This document shows positions 62,971-64,000 of a DNA stretch of 64,000 nt, one piece after another. Source of the stretch: Eledone cirrhosa (Eukaryota); contig CAXHJY010000096.1 in assembly GCA_964016885.1 (NCBI GenBank), positions 2,108,001 to 2,172,000 of the forward strand, given 5' to 3'. Numbering within the stretch: the stretch's first letter is position 1; each line of letters starts with the position of its first letter. Under the pieces are notes generated by a model. It saw only the letters and a program-made list of their open reading frames with translations. It was not told where the DNA came from and ran no database searches. The translations under genes were made by a program, and so were the position numbers.

Positions 62971-64000
62971 AGGGGATATAATTTCCAGCCGTCCAAGGGG
63001 AGATAATTTCCATCCTTCCAAGGGGATATAATTTCCAGCCGTCCAAGGGGAGATAATTTCCCGCCAGCCAAGGGAAGATAATTTTTAAAAAAATCAGGCG
63101 GAGATTGTAAAAAAAATCAGGGGGGAGATAATTTGTAAAAAAATCAGGGGGAGATAATTTGTAAAAAATAATCAGGGGGAGATAATTTGTAAAAAAATTC
63201 AAGGGGAGATAATTTCCAGCCGTCCAAGGGGAGATAATTTCCCGCCAGCCAAGGGAAGATAATATTTAAAAAAATCAGGCGGAGATTGTAAAAAAAATCA
63301 GGGGGGAGATAATTTGTAAAAAAATCAGGGGGAGATAATTTGTAAAAAAAATCAGGGGGAGATAATTTGTAAAAAAATCAGGGGGAGATAATTTGTAAAA
63401 AAAATCAGGGGGAGATAATTTGTAAAAAAAATCATGGGGAGATAATTTGTAAAAAGAAATCAGGGGTAGATAATTTGTAAAAAAAAATCAGGGGGAGATA
63501 ATTTGTAAAAAAAAATCAGGGGGAGATAATTTGTAAAAAAAATCAAGGGGAGATAATATCCAGCCGTCCAAGGAGAGATAATTTCAAAAAAAAATGAGGC
63601 GGAGATAATTTGTAAAAAAAAAATCAGGGGGAGTTAATTTGTAAAAAAAAATGAGGGGGAGATAATTTGTAAAAAAAATCAAGGGGAGATAATTTCCAGC
63701 CGTCCAAGGGGAGATAATTTTCAGCCGTCCAAGGAGAGGTAATTTCTAGCCGTCCAAGGGGAGATAATTTCCAGCCGTCCAAGGGGAGGTAATTTCCAGC
63801 CGTCCAAGGGGAGATAATTTAAAAAAAAAAATCAGGCGGAGATAATTTGTAAAAAAAATCAGGGGGAGATAATTTGTAAACAAAATCAGGGGGAGATAAT
63901 TTGTAAAAAAACATCAGGGGGAGATAATTTGTAAAAAAAATTAGGCGTAGATAATTTGTAAAAAAAAATCAGGGGGAGATAATTTGTAAAAAAAAATCAG
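62378..64000 (+). repeat. Return to domain-I-type sequence (homologous to ~6100-7800 / ~12900-14500)
   Basis: ORFs 62378, 62834 and 62862 match 12900, 13356 and 13384 with the same internal spacing (456 bp between the first two). Markers GGGGGAGTTAATT, TGAGGGGG and TTAGGCGTAG follow in domain-I order. Confidence 0.85.

Larger units (their letters stand above)
1..64000 (+). repeat. Composite two-monomer satellite array (27-bp A + 25-bp B, shared core GGGGAGATAATTT), running off both window ends
   Basis: Every part of the window parses into CAGGGGGAGATAATTTGT(A)nT or CAAGGGGAGATAATTTCCAGCCGTC or point/indel variants of these, all in the same orientation. The ORF track shows a 9-aa period (DFFYKLSPP = 27 bp) and a 25-aa period (LDGWKLSPLGRLEIISPWTAGNYLP = 3 x 25 bp). 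Confidence 0.99.

Noticed and set aside
345-63202. About 200 minus-strand ORFs of 61-195 aa (LDGWKLSPLGRLEIISPWTAGNYLP / DFFYKLSPP repeats)
   Set aside because: These are artefacts of the repeat. The minus strand of B has no stop in any frame and the 25-bp period cycles through all three frames, so the same peptide appears in overlapping frames. The + strand has TAA in each monomer. Starts are mostly TTG or other alternative codons, variable A-tracts shift the frame constantly, and there is no codon-preserving pattern.
1-64000. CRISPR-like pattern (constant core plus variable intervening sequence)
   Set aside because: The constant part is only ~13 bp and the intervening 12-15 bp takes just two recurring forms rather than unique spacers. 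There is no leader and there are no cas genes.
1-64000. Canonical telomerase repeat, including the 23-25-bp yeast type
   Set aside because: There is no TTAGGG/TTAGG-like unit. Multi-kb HORs with inherited point variants imply recombinational amplification rather than templated synthesis, and the array is far longer than yeast telomeres.
1-64000. G-quadruplex array from G4-G5 runs
   Set aside because: The G-runs are ~21-23 nt apart, well beyond the usual 1-7 (up to ~12) nt loops, so a stable intramolecular G4 is not supported by the sequence alone.
1-64000. Plasmid iteron or viral origin repeat region
   Set aside because: Iteron and viral repeat clusters span tens to a few thousand bp next to replication genes. 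Here there is 64 kb of pure repeat with no coding sequence.
1-64000. All rearrangement sizes being multiples of a nucleosome repeat (~180-186 bp)
   Set aside because: 180, 181, 186, 728, 744 and 919 fit loosely, but 27, 80, 307, 411, 498 and 801 do not. The sizes are adequately explained as whole numbers of monomers.
1-64000. Sequencing artefact or synthetic concatemer
   Set aside because: Rare variants recur at exact multi-kb offsets in a nested, domain-specific pattern, as expected of an evolved array. I recognised no adapter or vector sequence. Individual duplications could still be misassembled.

Overview
The whole 64 kb window is one uninterrupted, head-to-tail satellite-type tandem array of roughly 2,400-2,500 monomers (estimate: 64,000/26). 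I saw no unique sequence, gene, RNA gene, transposon or inversion. Two related monomers share the core GGGGAGATAATTT. Type A is CAGGGGGAGATAATTTGT(A)7-10T (26-29 bp, mode 27-28, ~30% GC). Type B is CAAGGGGAGATAATTTCCAGCCGTC (25 bp, 52% GC). They alternate in runs of ~1-18 copies. The array has a nested hierarchy: monomers, then fixed cassettes of ordered variant monomers (~100-450 bp), then sub-kb to 2 kb duplications, then ~6.3-7.9 kb higher-order repeats (HORs). The HORs fall into three domains: I ~1-17.6 kb (period ~6.8 kb), II ~20.6-47.7 kb (period 7,546/7,360 bp) and III ~47.7-63 kb (period 7,895/6,974 bp). Domains I and III share variants absent from domain II. All listed ORFs are minus-strand translations of the repeat and are rejected as genes. 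Organism and chromosomal context (centromeric, subtelomeric, other heterochromatin) cannot be determined from the sequence; a eukaryotic origin is inferred. Periods were obtained by hand from ORF-track offsets and marker variants, so boundaries are approximate.
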